Source: Sminthopsis crassicaudata (lineage: Eukaryota). Taken from it: 64,000 bases of DNA. Position numbers and translations under genes: made by a program. Positions 39,201 to 51,200 of the stretch are shown one piece after another. Position 1 is the stretch's first letter, and every line of letters begins with the position of its first letter. The stretch is from positions 29,948,852-30,012,851 of the forward strand of contig NC_133620.1 in NCBI RefSeq assembly GCF_048593235.1, read 5' to 3'. Below the pieces are notes generated by a model. That model worked only from the letters and a program-made list of their open reading frames with translations, did no database searches and was not told where the DNA came from.

Positions 39201-42200
39201 AGGCATCGTGTGCTGAGACCTGAGGCAATCTGGGTCGAGGTGGCAACAGACCCTGAGTCACACATAGTGGGGAAGATCCATAAAAGGAAGAACCGGGAGG
39301 GCCCAGAAGGTCAAAGACTGTTGGCATCTCTGAGCCAAGCAGGAACTTTCTCCAAATCCCCCCCAGGACCAGGCCTCCCAAAGAGGGCTCTGGGCAGACG
39401 CAGCGCTTCAGCTCTGGGCTCGGGGGCCAAGTGTCTCTCAGCCAATCATCCTCTTCTTTCAGCCTTTACAGGACCTCCTGATCCCATCACCAAGCCCACT
39501 GACCATCCATTCCCAGAATACTCCCGGATCACCAGCCCTCCATAGCCTTGCCGCCTCCTCAGGGCTCTGACCCCAGGGAAAGGTACAGCCTCCCCTTTCA
39601 GAGGATCAGAGTATTTCGGGGCCATCCCAGGCCCCTCGACTTCTCCCAGCCTCCCCACACCTCACTAAGGCTTGGAGCAGCCCACTGCCAGGCTCACCAG
39701 AACCAGCCTAATGTCGATCGGCCCAGAGGCCCAGCTCCCATTTCCTCCTCCCCACACAGCACCTTCCACAGAATCCACCAACCCAAAGGTTCCCACTCCC
39801 TGAGAGTTTTGGAACAAACCAGATCCAAATAAGCCAAGAGACCTCCCAGCAGAGGCTCGCAGCAACGGGACCCCAAAATCCATTTGCTTTCCCAGGCCCC
39901 ACGGCCCCTCCTGCAGCCTGGAGGGTGGGCGCCTAGCATCGGCAGAGCTTCCCAACAAAGCCCACCCCCAGCCTGCCTATTCGACCCTCGTGTGCACTCG
40001 GGGGCAGCCTCTCCATGGCCCTTGTGGCAAATCCAGGGGGGAAGGAGGACTAGAGGAGAGTGTTGGGTTGTCAACTTCCACGGAAACAGATGGAGAAACT
40101 CTATTCAACTCAACAGAAAAAAAGTTGTCAACAGAAAGCTAAAAAGATATTTAAATTNNNNNNNNNNNNNNNNNNNNNNNNNNNNNNNNNNNNNNNNNNN
40201 NNNNNNNNNNNNNNNNNNNNNNNNNNNNNNNNNNNNNNNNNNNNNNNNNNNNNNNNNNNNNNNNNNNNNNNNNNNNNNNNNNNNNNNNNNNNNNNNNNNN
40301 NNNNNNNAAGAAAAACTCATCCAAACAGCAACTCAACGTCATACAGTTACGTGGGCCGGAGGGCCTGCAGAAGGCGAGGGAAAGAAACAAAACATACAAA
40401 AACCATGGACTGGGAAAGCCCCAAACAGAAAGAAACAGCAGAGTGACGGTGGGGGGTGGGTTGGCCATCCCCTGGCTGGCAGGAGGGCCAGGGACATTTG
40501 CAAACAAGTCAGGGAGGTCACCGACACCAAGTGCCAGAGGAAGGGGCGAGTGGAAGGACTGCCACCCTCTCTCCCCATCTCGGGCCTCCTTCCTCAGGCC
40601 CTCAGGCCGGTGATGCCCAAGCTCAAACCAGAGAGCCCTGATCGAGGGCCAGGGTGCCAAGGGCCTGTGCCAACCGAGCAGGGCAGAAGGGCTTGAGCTC
40701 TCCTTTGGACCGATGGCTTAGGTATGCAGGAGGGAATGGAGGCACACCCCTCATCTTAGCCCCAACAACCCCATCCCATTCTTCCTGGCGCTGCCCTCCT
40801 ACCCTGGCTCCTGTCCTAAGGCACCACAGCAAGCTTCCCTTGGGATTCTTCCTGAACAGTACTGGGCAGAGGCAGGAGGAGGAGGGCACAGGCCCGGGCA
40901 TGCAGAGGTCCTGAGGCTGGAGTGGATCAGGCAGTGGGAGGTAACTCATAAGACGGAACAGGAGGAAGGTCAATAACTGGGGGAGGAAGGGTGGCTGTGG
41001 CTACAGAACTGGCCCCGCTCCCCACCCTTTCTCCCTTCAGGCAAGGACTCCAGGCAGGGTTCAGATGTGCACAGAGATGCCCCAGAAAGCCAGGAGCTGA
41101 GCTTGGGCAGCAGCACCAGGGACAGCTCAGGGATGACAGGGATGCACTGAGGGCCGTCATGCTATTGGAGAACAGGAAGGGGGAGGCTCTAGACCTAGAT
41201 CCACACGAGGGGTTCCCGAGGCTTCAGGCCCAGGGAGAGAGGCTCTCTCCCCGGAGGCTAGGACTTATACTGGAGGGGAGGCTACAAGCCTCCACTTTCA
41301 CCACATCCCTCCATGGGATGTGTAGGAGCATCAACAAGAGCTGGGGGTGCTGGTTCCTGAGGGCCAGATCTACCTACATCACCACTGACCTGCTCCCCTT
41401 CTGCTTCATAGGCAGTAGGAAGGATGAGAAGTGCCCACAGGGACAAAGTCTCCGTGAAGCCTCCATCATTGGGCTGCTGCGAGCATCACACTTGCTGGAG
41501 CCTGAACTAGGCAACCTTTTCTAGATCCCAATCAGGTGAGGACCATAGGCTACAAACTGTAGCTCCTGATTGGGTGGAGTCTTTTAGGATTGTTAGGACC
41601 ACAGCCCATCACCAAGCCCAGTCCTTCTCCCAGCTTAAGGCTAACCCTCACATGTCCTCCCCTTAACATCGTACACTCTGGAATATCCTCCCAAATGTCT
41701 CTTGGAAAGGACATTTGTAGGAGACATTGCTCTATGTCAGGGGGGAGGGGAAGACATCTCATCAGCTTCCTCTCACCCTCACCAGCATTTGCACTGCCGC
41801 ATCTGCTGGGCCTGGGAGGAGGTCCTTGGCCCTAAGCCTGGAAGGAGCTGGGAGGTAAAGAGAAGGCCTAGGCCAAGGAGAAGGAGGCAGAGCTGTGGCA
41901 ACTGGAGCGACAGGCACTCTGGACTCGAGGCCTCCCTCACGAAGTTCTCAGACTATGGGTTGGCAACCCCAAGCCAAGTGGGGGATGACTGAGCTATGAC
42001 AGCAGAGCACTATCTCCCTGCTCCAAGGCAGTCCCAAATCCTGCTGTAAGTAAGAAATCTAGAAAGAGGCAGCCTCCTGTGAACCCCTGGGCCCTGGGCC
42101 TGCCAAGGGCCACTCCTGCCTCTCCCAGGAGGAGCCACTGCTGAGTGCTGAAGCTGACACAAACAGACACCCTTTCTGATTGCTCTCCCACTCCATCTGG

Positions 42201-45200
42201 CCACCTCCTTAGGGAATCTCGTCCCCAGCCTCTCAACCCCTTTCCAGTCTGGCCACTCTGGAAGGGCAAAGAGCCTGAGAGCTCGGATTCCCGCCCAGTT
42301 AGGTAATGGCGGCAGCGGCGACGGCGGCAAGAGGAGGAACGTGGCCCAGCTAGACCTACCTTGCTGGAAGAGGGTGAGTGTAACAGAAGTGACGAGGAGG
42401 AAGAGGGCCTTGATGGGGGGAAAATGGGCAGGTTCATGGGCAAAGATGTGCACCAGCTGGAAGAGAGAAAGAACGATCCCCAGGGGTCAGCCCAGTACCC
42501 CATCCCACTCCAAAAAGGAAACATACCCACCCAGGTACACCCTACCCCGTACCTGGCGAGTGAGGTCAAGGGCAGAGGCCTGGGGAATCGTGCTGTACAT
42601 TTGTCCTAGCATCTCACACAGCTGGGGGACCATGGGTGCAAAGTCATCCAGCAAGGTCTTAACGGACTTCTCAAAGATGGCGCACACCGCCTGGAGCAGA
42701 ATAGACAGGAGGCAAGCTGGAGCATACACACCATCTCTCTGCTCCAAGCCCTTGAGTTCCCCTTAAGCTGGTTATGTCATCTCAGGGCTTACCCCTGGGA
42801 CTGTTTACAAGCTCACCACCCCCTCTGCCCTCCCAATGGCCGCTTCTCCAACCTCACCCAGTTGCCAAAAAGGGGACCGGAAGGCCGTAGCTGAGGCTGA
42901 GATTGGGAGCAGCCCAACTGGGAGATAGCAGTTCAAATCCCAGTCTGACACTAACTGGGTGTGGCCCTGCAGGCAAGTCACTTTTCTGAGACTCAGTTTC
43001 CATATCTGTGAAATGTGTATCATTTCCCTTAAGAGAACCTATCCCACGGGGACCTCGTAAAGAGAAGTCTTTAAAGATCTTTAAGAGTTATGGAAAGGAA
43101 AGCCATCACTTTGGGATGGGACTGAACACAGGAGTGACCAGAGATTTCTTGGGACTGCTCTGGAGGCCGTGGGCCCCCCACAGCCAGTGTGTTTAAATGT
43201 AGCAATTCCTGCTTCAGGCTGAAAGGGGATGAGAGGGCCTCATTTAGCCAGGAGGCTATCCAAACCAGATATCCAAGGAAGAGGTTACCCCATTATGGTT
43301 CAACAGGACCCTCAAGTAGAGCCTGCTCAGACACTATGAGGTCCCAAAGAGAGACCAGTGAGGTGGCAAAGTGGTCAGAGCTCTCAGCCCAGCGTCAGGA
43401 AGAGATGACTTCAAATCTAGCCTCAGACACTCATTAGCTCTGTGACTCTAGACATGTCACTTAAACATTAGCTTAGTTTTTGTTTTTTTAATCTATAAAA
43501 TGGGATGAATATCTCCCTCCCAAGGTAGTTGTGAAGATGAAATAATACTTGTAAGGTTTTATAATTGCTGGCTATAATTAGCCTTTTGTGACTCTATGGG
43601 AGACACACTGATTCTATTGGAATCTCTAGTAGAGTCTAGCCTCTGACTCTGTGGAAACCCTCTAAGAGGGATTAGCCGTCTCTGTGACTCAAGAGGATCC
43701 TCGAGGAGTGAGCCTGTTCTGAGGATCTAATCTTTTTTTTTTTTTTTTTTTTTATTAATGGTTTTTATTTACCAGATATATACATGGGTAATTTTCCAGC
43801 ATTGACAATTGCCAAACCTTTTGTTCCAATTTTTCCCCTCCTTCCCTCCCCCCCCCCCAGATGGCAGGTTGACCAATACATGTTAAATATGTTAGAATAT
43901 AAGTTAAATACAATATATGTATACATGACCAAACAGTTGTTTTGCTGAACAAAAAGAATCAGACTTTGAAATAGTGGACAATTAGCCTGTGAAGGAAATC
44001 CAAAATCCAGGAGGACAAAATTAGAGGGATTGGGAATTCTATGTAGTGGTTCATAGTCGTCTCCCAGAGTTCTTTCTCTGGGTGTAGCTGGTTCAGTTCA
44101 TAACTGCTCTATTGGAATTGATTTAGTTCATCTCATTGTTGGAGAAGGCCATGTCCATCAAAATTGATCATCATATAGTATTGTTGTTGAAGTATACAAT
44201 GATCTCCTGGTCCTGCTCCTTTCACTCAGCATCAGTTCATGTCAGTCTCTCCAGGCCTTTCTGAAATCATCCTGTTGGTCATTTCTTACAGAACAATAAT
44301 AATATTCCATAATATTCACATACCACAATTTATTCAGCCAATCTCCAATTGATGGGCACCCACTCAGTTTCCAGTTTATGGTCACTACAAAGAGGGCTGC
44401 CACAAACATTCTTGCACATACATGTCCCTTTCCCTTCTTTAAGATCTCTTTGGGATACAAACACAGTAGCAACGCTGCTAGGTCAAAGGGTATAACTTTT
44501 TGGGCATAGTTCCAAATTGCTCTCCAGAATGGCTGGATGTATTCACAATTCCACCAACATGTATCATTGTCCCTGTTTTCCCACAGCCCCTCCAACATTC
44601 ATCATTATTTTTTCCTGTCATTTTAGCCAATCAGATAGGTATGTAGTGATATCTCAGAGTTATCTTAATTTGCATTTCTCTGGTTAATGATTTGGAGCAT
44701 CTTTTTATATGTCTAGAAATAGTTTCAATTTCTTTATCCAAGAATTATCTGTTCATATCCTTTGACCATTTATCAATTGGAGATTGACTTGATTTCTTAT
44801 ATATTAGAGTCAATTCTCTATGTATTTTGGAAATGAGGCCTTTATCTGAACCTTTGACTGTAAAAATGTTTTCCCAGTTTATTGTTTCCCTAATCTTCCT
44901 TCCCTAATCTTATCTGCATTGATCTTGTTTGTACAAAAACTTTTCAATTTGATATAATCAAAGCTTTCTATTTTGTGATGAATAATGATCTCTAGTTCTT
45001 CTTTGGTCATGAATTCCTTCCTCTTCCACAGGTCTGAGAGGTAAACTATCCTATGTTCCTCTAATTTATTTATAATCTCATTCTTTATTCCTAGGTCATG
45101 AACCCATTTTGACCTGACCTTGGTGTATGGTGTTAAGTGTGGATCAATGCTTAGTTTCTGCCATATTAATTTCCAATTTTCCCAGCAATTTTTGTCAAAC

Positions 45201-48200
45201 ATTGAGTTCTTATCCCAAAGGCTGGGGTCCTTGTGTTTGTCAAACACTAGGTTGTCAGAGTTATTATTTTGTCCTTTGGACTTAACCTATTCCACTGATC
45301 AACTAGTCTATTTCTTAGTCAATAACCAAATGGTTTTGGTAACTGCCGCTTTATAATTTTAGATCTGGTACAGCTAGGCCACCTTCTTTTGATTTTTTTT
45401 TTTCACTACTTCCCTTGAAATTCTTGACCTTTTGTTTTTCCATATGAATTTTGTTGTTATTTTTTCTAGGTCATTAAAATAGTTTTTGGGAGTCTTGATT
45501 GGTATAGTGCTAAATAAATAAATTAGTTTAGGTAGTATTGTCATCTTTATATTTGCTCGCCCTATCCAAGAGCATTTACTATTTTTCTAATTGGTTAGAT
45601 CAGACTTAATTTGGGTGGAAATGAGGATCTAATCTCTTAAGAAAGAGTGGCCCAAGAAACTGGAAACTGAGTGGATGCCCATCAATTGGAGAATGGCTGA
45701 ATAAGCTCTTGTGTATGAATGTGGTGGAATATTATTGTTCTATGAGAAATGGCCAGCAGGATGATTTCAGAGAGGCCTGGAGAGACTTTTTTTTTTTTTT
45801 TTTTGGCCTGGAGAGACTTATATGAACTGATGCTGAGTGACATGAGCAGGACCAGATGTTTATACACTTCCAACAACAACACTATATGATGATCAATTCT
45901 GATGGACATGGCCTTCTCCAACAATGAGATGAATCAAATCAGTTCCAATAGAGCAGTAATGAACTGAAACAGCTACACCCAGCAAAAAAACTCTGGGAAT
46001 CAATTATGAACCACTACATAGAATTCCTAATCTCTCTACTTTTGTCCACCTGCATTTTGGATTTTCTTCACAGGCTAATTGTACACTGTTTCAAAGTCCG
46101 GTTCTTTTTGGACAGCAAAATAACTGTTTGGACATGTATACATATATTGTATTTAACATATACTTTAACACATATAACATATATTGGTCAACCTGCCATC
46201 TGGGAAAGGAGGGGAAAAATTGGAACAAAAGGTTTTGCGATTGTCAATGCAGAAAAATTACCTATGCATAACAATTTTGTAAAAAATAAATACCAAGAAA
46301 AAAGAAAAAAAGAAAGAGTGGCCCAGTCCATGGCTATTCTAGCAGAGGCTAGCCTCCCTGGATTCTGTAGAAAGATCAGCCTAGAAGACGGTGACCAATT
46401 CTGTGGCCCCACACAAGTGAGCCCACTGCATTACTCTATATCCCAGCTTCTTAAACTATGGATTGCGACCCATGTGGGGTCAAGTAACTGGATGTGGGGA
46501 TTGTGAAATTTTGATTTATTATTAGTAAATGTTTGATCCGAATAACTATTTTATATGCCTATATACCCAGGGTGATGTAAAAATTCCTTGAGTGAAAAGG
46601 GGTCATAAGTGGAAAAGCCTGAAGAAGTCTTGGTCTATAGACTCTCCAATAGCCATGAATGTGGCCTTCCACAGAGGGATTACTCACCTTGTGACTGACA
46701 AGTTAGCCTCTTCTGTGAATCCCGGAGGACAGCTTAGCCTCTCTGGGACCACAGGATCCTATAAAAGTGGCCCATCCTACACCTCCCTCTAGGACTGTAA
46801 GAAGCCCAGTAGAGGCCAGTCTGCACTGGGACTCTATAGAAGTCTCTGTCAGGGAGCCCCTGGTTCTTTGTGATATTTGAAATGTCACATTTAAAATCTG
46901 TTCTCTTTCACCTCCAAATCCTATTTTCTTCCCAACTTCCCTTTCCCTGACAAGGCTCCTGTCGCCCTGCTCCTCCGGTCACTCAGGCTCTGGGTTATCA
47001 CCAGGTGACATCCTGGGGGAAAGCCTTATCCTTTCTACCTTAACAACATTTGTCCTCATCTTCCATGCACACAGACACTGGCCTAGTGCACCCTCACCCG
47101 CTCTGGTCAGTCTCCCAGTCTAAGCGACCTTCCCAAAGAGCAAGTCTGATTTCCCCACCCCTGCAGTGGCTCCCAATCACCTCCAGGATCAAGCAGAGCA
47201 AGCGAGAGCTTTCTAACCCAGCCCTTGCCCACACTCCTTGTACCATCCTCCTCTTCACGTACTCTGCCATCCAGCACCACTTGCAGGCCCGGGATGTTCC
47301 CCCTCCTGACCTTGCCTTCTAGTCCCCAGGGCTTCCTTCAATCTCAGCTCAGAAGCCCCTTCTGCATCTTTCCCAATCTCCCTTCTCTCCAAGCCTGTTG
47401 TGGCTCAGCCTGCTGGATCTGGCGGGTGCCCACGGCTCTGCATGTGGTCTCCCTTCAGAACAGGCATCCCTCTGGGCCAGGAGCAGTCCTCAGCACATGT
47501 CTGGCCCACAGTGAGCAAAGAGCAGAGCTTGGTGACAGTTTCTGAGCTCTGTGATGTTCCCAGAACAAGTTACCTCTACCACCTGGGCGTCATTTAACCA
47601 CTTGCTCAGCACCTTCTGGATGAGCTGGAAAACTTGCTGCAGCACAACCACCACCTGGGGAAAAGGACCAGATGAGAGAGGAGCTGGAGGTCTGAGTAGG
47701 GCAGCCAGAGCCTATGGGGCAAGGAGCAGCAGCCAGGGATCCCTGCCTATGGCTGAGGTCCCCAAGACAAGGCTTGCAGGCTGCAGAGAGGAAGAAGGGG
47801 AGCAGAGCTCTGGGTGGGGAGGGAACGGAGCAGGGGGCATCACCCACTGGGTTGGGTCCCTGTGGAATGGGCAGCTTCCTGAGCTCAGGGCCTTCATGCT
47901 CATCCTCATGGTGACTGATATCCAGCGTAGTGAAGAGGTTGGAGAGGAGCCCCAGGATGTGGACGATAGCCAGCTTGTTTGAAGGGTTGGGCTACAGAGG
48001 GAGAGAGAATATTTAGCACGGATGCCCAGAGGGTCCACAATCTGAAGAATGGGAACCTAGAGGCAGCGCCACCCCCCCCCCCCCCAACACACACACACTC
48101 TAGGCAGACCTCTCTCAGCCTTCTTCCAAAGCAGGAATGGATCCTTGACCTTTCCTGACAGCTCCCCAGGAAGGCTTCTCCCCCCTTCCCCTCCCCCATG

Positions 48201-51200
48201 CCAGGCATCTTCACCCACACTCCCCAACCATCGGCCGCCCCCCTCACCATTTCCTCAGCCAGCTTCTCCAGCTGCTGGATGTAGGGGGTGATGAGTGAGT
48301 GGAGGTTTTTCAGAATCTCCTCAACTTGCAAAGCTGACAGCAGGAAGCCCAGGGCCTGCATCAGCCACATGCACTGGCTCGTCTGGGGACAGAAGAGAGG
48401 AGCCTGAGCCCCTGGACTAGGCTCACACTCTGCGACCCCCGCCTCACCCCACCACAGTTCTCCGGGGTCCTATGTCAAACTCCAGGAAATCAGTGGAGCA
48501 AAGGCCACTGTCACTGCACAAGAAACAGACTCAGGAGGGTTTCAAAGTTAGAAGCCTCGGACCTCCAGCCCCTGGGCCCTCCCCGCCCCACCAGCAGCCA
48601 TTCTGTCCTCCCCATCTCCTGCTGCCCAAGGCCGTACCTTGTGAATCTGCTTCATCAGCACATCCTGAGGAGGGAAGAACACAGCCGTCAGTCAGGCGGG
48701 GGGGGTGGGGGGGGTCGTCAGCGGTCAGCCAGCCCCCCCGCCCTGGTCTGCAGCCACCACTCCCGCCTACCTGGGACACAGCCACAATGTTGGCGGCGTA
48801 CGGAGGAAGATCGTACTTGCACTCCCGGCAGATCTTCTTGAGGGTGGACACAGAGGACACGGAGAGCTCTGGGTTGCCCAGCGCGTGCAGCACCAGGGGC
48901 AGAACGTTGTTGATCATGACCGGGTGGTCTGCCAGCCACTCCGATAGGGCCCCTGGGGAGGAGAAGTCACAGGGCTGAGCGAGGGGCTCCAGGCTCCAGA
49001 GCCAGGTGTCCAGAGCCCGCCCACCAGCCGCGCCTCACCGATGGTGAACATGACAGTGTCCGCCAGCTGCACGTTGCTGATGCTGATGCGGGGGATGAGC
49101 CCAATGAGCCCCGGCACCACGTCAGAGTAATTGACATCGATGGTTTCTGCGATGGACTGGAAGCCATAGAGCAGAGCCTCCGTGTGCTGTGGGAAGAAGG
49201 CCGGCAGGCCCAAGACTGAACTCGGGGGGGGGGGGGGGGGAAGAGGAAGAGGGAAAGGGGGGGAGGCAGGGGAGTTCGGGTTTGGACTAGAGAATGAAGG
49301 CAATTCCTTCAGACTCAGACTGTGCAGGAGCTGGGAACCGGGCTGGGCGAGAAGATAGACAAGGCAGGTAGAGGCGGGGGGTTATACCTGCCAGGAGCAA
49401 GGCTGCTCAGAGCTGGTGAGCAGGCGGCCCAGCTTGTCATAGAGGTTACTCAGCAGCTCTGCCCCTAGCATCTCGTAGACGTACATGAGGGTGTCCGAAA
49501 TGTCCACCCTAAGAACAGACACCATTAGGACCTGCCCACACACAAACCAAAATCCTGCCCACCGAGGCCCAGGAGGCTTTCCGGGGGGCAGTCCCATGGC
49601 CTCCGGTCCACGGGCCCAGGCAAACTCACCTGTAGATTCGGAATTGCTCCTTCTCATCAGATGACCAGAAGTTGTACTCTTCATCTGCAGGAAACTGAGC
49701 CTTGTGAAGAAGCACGTCCACCAGGTGGAAGTAGACAGGGCGATACAGCTGCTGGTACACAGCCTGCTTGTCTGCTTCCAGTGACAAGATGTCATCCTGG
49801 AAGGTTGCCAAGTAAGGGCGTCAAGTTGACCTAGCCAGCACCCCTAGAAGCCTCACCTATTTCCTTGCCACACTACTTTATCTGAGAATGAGAGTTCCCC
49901 TATTTCCCATCCCCACTGGCACTGAGTCAACTTTCCCACATACTCTTAACGCCTTTGGATCTACCCAGAACAAGTTCTCCCTCAGCTCCCCAAGAGGCTG
50001 TCCCACCTGTCACTATTCATCCACCCTCAAGGCTGATTTCCTTAGAACTGAGCATACAATGACACATGCCCCCTAGGACTCCCCCTCCTTCCCCACCTCA
50101 GTCCACCAAAGAAAACAGGAAACTAACCTGCAAAGTATACCAGAAAGTGAGGGTCAAGGAGCTGGTGGTCTCATTGACTGGGTAGTGCCCAGGGATGCCC
50201 GTGCAGAACATGATCATATTGACCAAGGCCAAGAAGCTTTGCCAGTGCTCCACCTGGTCCAGCAGGGCCCTGGCATGGGGCAGAGGGCAGAGATCAGAGA
50301 CTCAGAGGAAGGAGTTTGCCCAACAACAGGCTGGTATGGGGCAGGGAGCAAGGGTCAAGCACAAAGCCTTCCTGTCTCTTCCACCCACCTAAGGAACCAC
50401 AGAATCTCTGGGATGGGACAGACCTGACCCAGCTCCCTGTCTATTGCTTCCCCATCAACTGATTACAATCCTCTAAGGGAGAAGGAAGCCATTGCCATTC
50501 CCCAAGGTAGCCATTTTTGTTCTGATCATGACTGTCCTCTCCTCCCTCTCCAGCCGTGCTGGGGCCTCTGCAGAATCCAGCCCTCTCTCCACAGGCACCT
50601 CAACTCGGTGGCTAGGACTCCAAGAAGACCCCAATGCCTGTCTACTACCTTCGATGGACTGCGCTTCCCCACTTCATCCCACTCCCTGCACTCAGCTATG
50701 AAGAGGGAGCCCACTTCCCATTCCTTTCTCTGAGTTCCATAAAGAGCCTTTGCTATCCCAGCTCACCCCTGTTCCCCTGGGGAGCATTTCATCCATTTAT
50801 TGCTCAGCTCATCTTCTCTGGGTCCCATCTGGCTGACAGGCAGTGACTTCCAAGTAGAAGGAGCTTCTATGATCCTGAACTTTGACCCCAACCTCCCATC
50901 CTTCCCCCCCATCCCTACCTCAGCCTTCCAGGCCATTGGCCCTGCTCTTGCCTTCATCCCTTCATAGGATGACTTGGGGCCTGACCCTTGAAGCCCTTGT
51001 CCAATGACTGCCAGTCCCACTTAGTCTGACCTCAGTGCTGGGTTATCCCCATTACTTAACCCCTTTCTTCTAACTCATGGGCTGCTGCTGGGGCCAGTCT
51101 CACCTGTCCTTTCTCTGAAGTCAGCTGGGCCTTCACAGTTGCCCGGCCATACCCAGGCTTCCTCCCTAAGTAGTTGTCACTCTTCCCAGAGCCTCTGCTC

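Noticed and set aside
39884-40696. 270-aa ORF and neighbours
   Set aside because: They read through the 150-N gap and are artefacts
9068-46325. Spaced direct repeats as a CRISPR-like array
   Set aside because: Eukaryotic DNA; every pair is a unique two-copy TSD around a retro-insertion
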